Assembly (NCBI GenBank): GCA_963662615.2
Contig: CAXXSR010000001.1
Span: 896,001-960,000, forward strand
Reading direction: 5' to 3'
Length of the DNA: 64,000 nt
Source of the DNA: Dehalococcoidia bacterium
GTDB lineage: Bacteria > Chloroflexota > Dehalococcoidia > Bin125
Shown here: positions 62,104-64,000 of the stretch, piece by piece
Layout of the letters: every line of letters starts with the position of its first letter
Numbering within the stretch: the stretch's first letter is position 1
Position numbers and translations under genes: made by a program
The notes under the pieces: generated by a model
Told to the model about the DNA's origin: nothing
What the model saw: the letters and a program-made list of their open reading frames with translations, nothing else
Database searches by the model: none

Positions 62104-63699
62104 TCAAAAGCCCGCGACGGCGTTCTCCCTTCGCTGGTCCGCGACCACCTGCCAGGAACCGGCGTCGCGGCTGAGCAACATGGCGCAGCCAAGTTCGCGC
62201 GCCCACGGCCCCGGGACCACCAGCTCGTGGCCGCGACGCTCCAGCTCCGCCCGCGTGTCGCCGGGCAGCCGATCCTCCACGACGACGCGTCGGCCCTGGG
62301 TGTGCCCCCAGCGCGGCGCGTCCACGGCCGCGCAGACGTCAAGCCCGGAGTCCACCATGGCCGTGACGATCTGCAGGTTCGTCTGGACTTGGAAATCCGC
62401 CCCCGGGGTGCCGCCCGCGAGAAGGAGTTCGCCGTCGCGGAGCACCGTGTATGTGTTGAGCGTATGCACGGTCCGCTTCCCCGGCGCCACCACGTTGGGC
62501 AGGCTGGGGTCCGTGCTGAAGCAGCCCATGCGGTTGTTCAGGAGGACGCCGGTGCCGCCGACGACAACGCCGGATCCGAAGGAGCGGAAGACGCTCTGGA
62601 TGAACGTGACCGCCCGCCCGTCCCTATCCCCGACGACGAATTGGGTGGTGTTGATCGTTCGACTGTCGGCGCCGACGCGGTCCTGCGCCCTCTGCGGGTC
62701 CACCTCCCCGACCCGCCGGGCTGCGCGCTCAGGAGACAGCAGATGATCCCAATCGACCGTGACGACGCGCGGGTCGCCCGCCATTGCGGTGCGGTCGGCA
62801 AAGGCCAGCTTCTTGACCTCGATCATCGTGTGAATGGAATCGGCGCTGAGGTGACCCCAAGAGCACAAGTCGAGGGGATCGAGCATGAGCAGCATCTGCA
62901 GCAGGATGTGGCCCTGCGAGGCCGGCGGCTGCTCCGTGACGACATGGCCGCGGTATTGCGCTCGCAGCGGCTCCCCTTCTTCGGCGCGGTGCGCACGCAG
63001 GTCGTCGGCAGTGATCAGCCCGCCGGCCTGTTGCGCGAACGCCTGCGCGATCCGCTCCCCGGTCGGGCCCTGGTAGAAGGCCGCGCGCCCGTCCTCCGCG
63101 ATCGCCTCCAGGGTCCGCGCCAGGTCGAGTTGCACGAGCGGCTGCCCGGCCCGCGGCGGCTCACCGGAGGGCAGGAAGACGCAGGCCGACTCCGGGACCG
63201 AGGCCAGCCGGTCGCGATACTCGGCGAAGGCGGAGGCGAGGTCGGCGGAGACGGGAAAGCCGTCACGAGCCAGCTCCAGGGCGCGGCCGAAGAGCCGGCG
63301 CAGCGGCAACGTGGCCCCACGCTCGTGAAGGAGCGCCCAGCAGTCGGGCAGACCGGGGATGCAGGCGGCGCGGAGCCCGTCGTTGGGGATGCCGTCGGCA
63401 TAGCCGTCCAGATGGGCGCCGGAGCCCGCCGTGCCGCCCGCGTTATAGGCGACGACGGATCCATCCGGCTCCACGACCTGGAGGAAGCCGTCGCCGCCGA
63501 CCCCGTTCATGTCGGGCCGCACGACGCACAACACCGCCGACGCCGCCAGCGCCGCGTCGATGGCGTTGCCCCCGGCTTGCAGGATCTCCAGGGCGGCGCT
63601 CGTGGCGAGCGGATGGGCCGTGGCGGCGACGCCGTTGGCCGCCCGCAGGGCGGCGCGGCCCGGCGGCTGGACATCCCACGAACTGGTCATCGCTCGCAT
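62104..63699 (-). CDS. ggt: Gamma-glutamyltransferase family protein
   Basis: GGNAIDAA, GVGGDGF, NTTQF, FGSG, LNNRM, PGKR..HTL, GTPGAD.Q.Q. Confidence 0.92.
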   Translation of the reverse strand: MRAMTSSWDVQPPGRAALRAANGVAATAHPLATSAALEILQAGGNAIDAALAASAVLCVVRPDMNGVGGDGFLQVVEPDGSVVAYNAGGTAGSGAHLDGYADGIPNDGLRAACIPGLPDCWALLHERGATLPLRRLFGRALELARDGFPVSADLASAFAEYRDRLASVPESACVFLPSGEPPRAGQPLVQLDLARTLEAIAEDGRAAFYQGPTGERIAQAFAQQAGGLITADDLRAHRAEEGEPLRAQYRGHVVTEQPPASQGHILLQMLLMLDPLDLCSWGHLSADSIHTMIEVKKLAFADRTAMAGDPRVVTVDWDHLLSPERAARRVGEVDPQRAQDRVGADSRTINTTQFVVGDRDGRAVTFIQSVFRSFGSGVVVGGTGVLLNNRMGCFSTDPSLPNVVAPGKRTVHTLNTYTVLRDGELLLAGGTPGADFQVQTNLQIVTAMVDSGLDVCAAVDAPRWGHTQGRRVVVEDRLPGDTRAELERRGHELVVPGPWARELGCAMLLSRDAGSWQVVADQRRENAVAGF

Positions 63700-63811
63700 G
63701 CTGTCAGGGTGTGGCCGTCCGCGTCAAAGGAGGATGGGGGCCAGCCGGCAGGGGGAGAACGGCCGCCTGCCCCCGGCGCTCGTGAGGAGGAGGGGTATAC
63801 TTAATATTGAG

Positions 63812-64000
63812 ATGGCGGACGAAAACTTTACCCCCGACGGCTTCGATTTAGAGGAGACGCTGCGCGCGATCGATGAAGCGGAGGTGTTGGTGGTGGGCTT
63901 CGGCTGGCTTGCCGAGCGCCTGCTGGTTGACGCCCGTCGCGCCGGCTCGGCCGGTCCCTACGTGCGCGTCGTGGAGCCCGTGCGCACGCCCCAGGAGCGC
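63812..64000 (+). CDS. Hypothetical protein, partial (runs off the window)
   Basis: MADENFTPDGFDLEETLRAIDEAEVLVVGF...ERLLVDAR; TATACT just upstream. Confidence 0.65.
   Translation, partial: MADENFTPDGFDLEETLRAIDEAEVLVVGFGWLAERLLVDARRAGSAGPYVRVVEPVRTPQER

Noticed and set aside
60778-63804. 1008-aa plus-strand ORF and similar long antisense ORFs (e.g. 36936-39305)
   Set aside because: Shadow frames of high-GC genes on the opposite strand, with no protein motifs.

Overview
High-GC bacterial DNA, most likely Chloroflexota (Dehalococcoidia/SAR202-like). This is inferred from the tmRNA tag GEKEFALAA, the GAAC-N4-GTTC LexA boxes and the gene repertoire. The window has two parts. (1) About 1-45.7 kb is an accessory island that ends at the 3' end of tmRNA. 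At that end sits an XRE / ImmA-like / small-ORF / large serine recombinase module whose ORF runs antisense into tmRNA. The island mixes intact cargo with gene debris. Cargo includes orphan solute-binding proteins, an aapJQMP-like transporter, trehalose genes between two IS3 copies, TIMP-like, Cache and LPxTG surface proteins, VapBC and tRNA-Leu. Debris includes IS3/IS6/IS1595/rve remnants, three tRNA 3'-half att scars, a tyrosine integrase and a 1.18-kb duplication. (2) About 45.7-64 kb is core-like DNA: ssrA-smpB-ctpA, a fabD-like gene, dinB, an Rdx selenoprotein, a LexA-box operon of two small Cys-rich proteins plus SRAP, and a GGT / diiron / ACAD / DUF1326 / DUF2182 cluster. The most striking signal is that the IS copies have diverged almost only by A:T->C:G transversions. 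Products are assigned by motif recognition only; no database searches were run.
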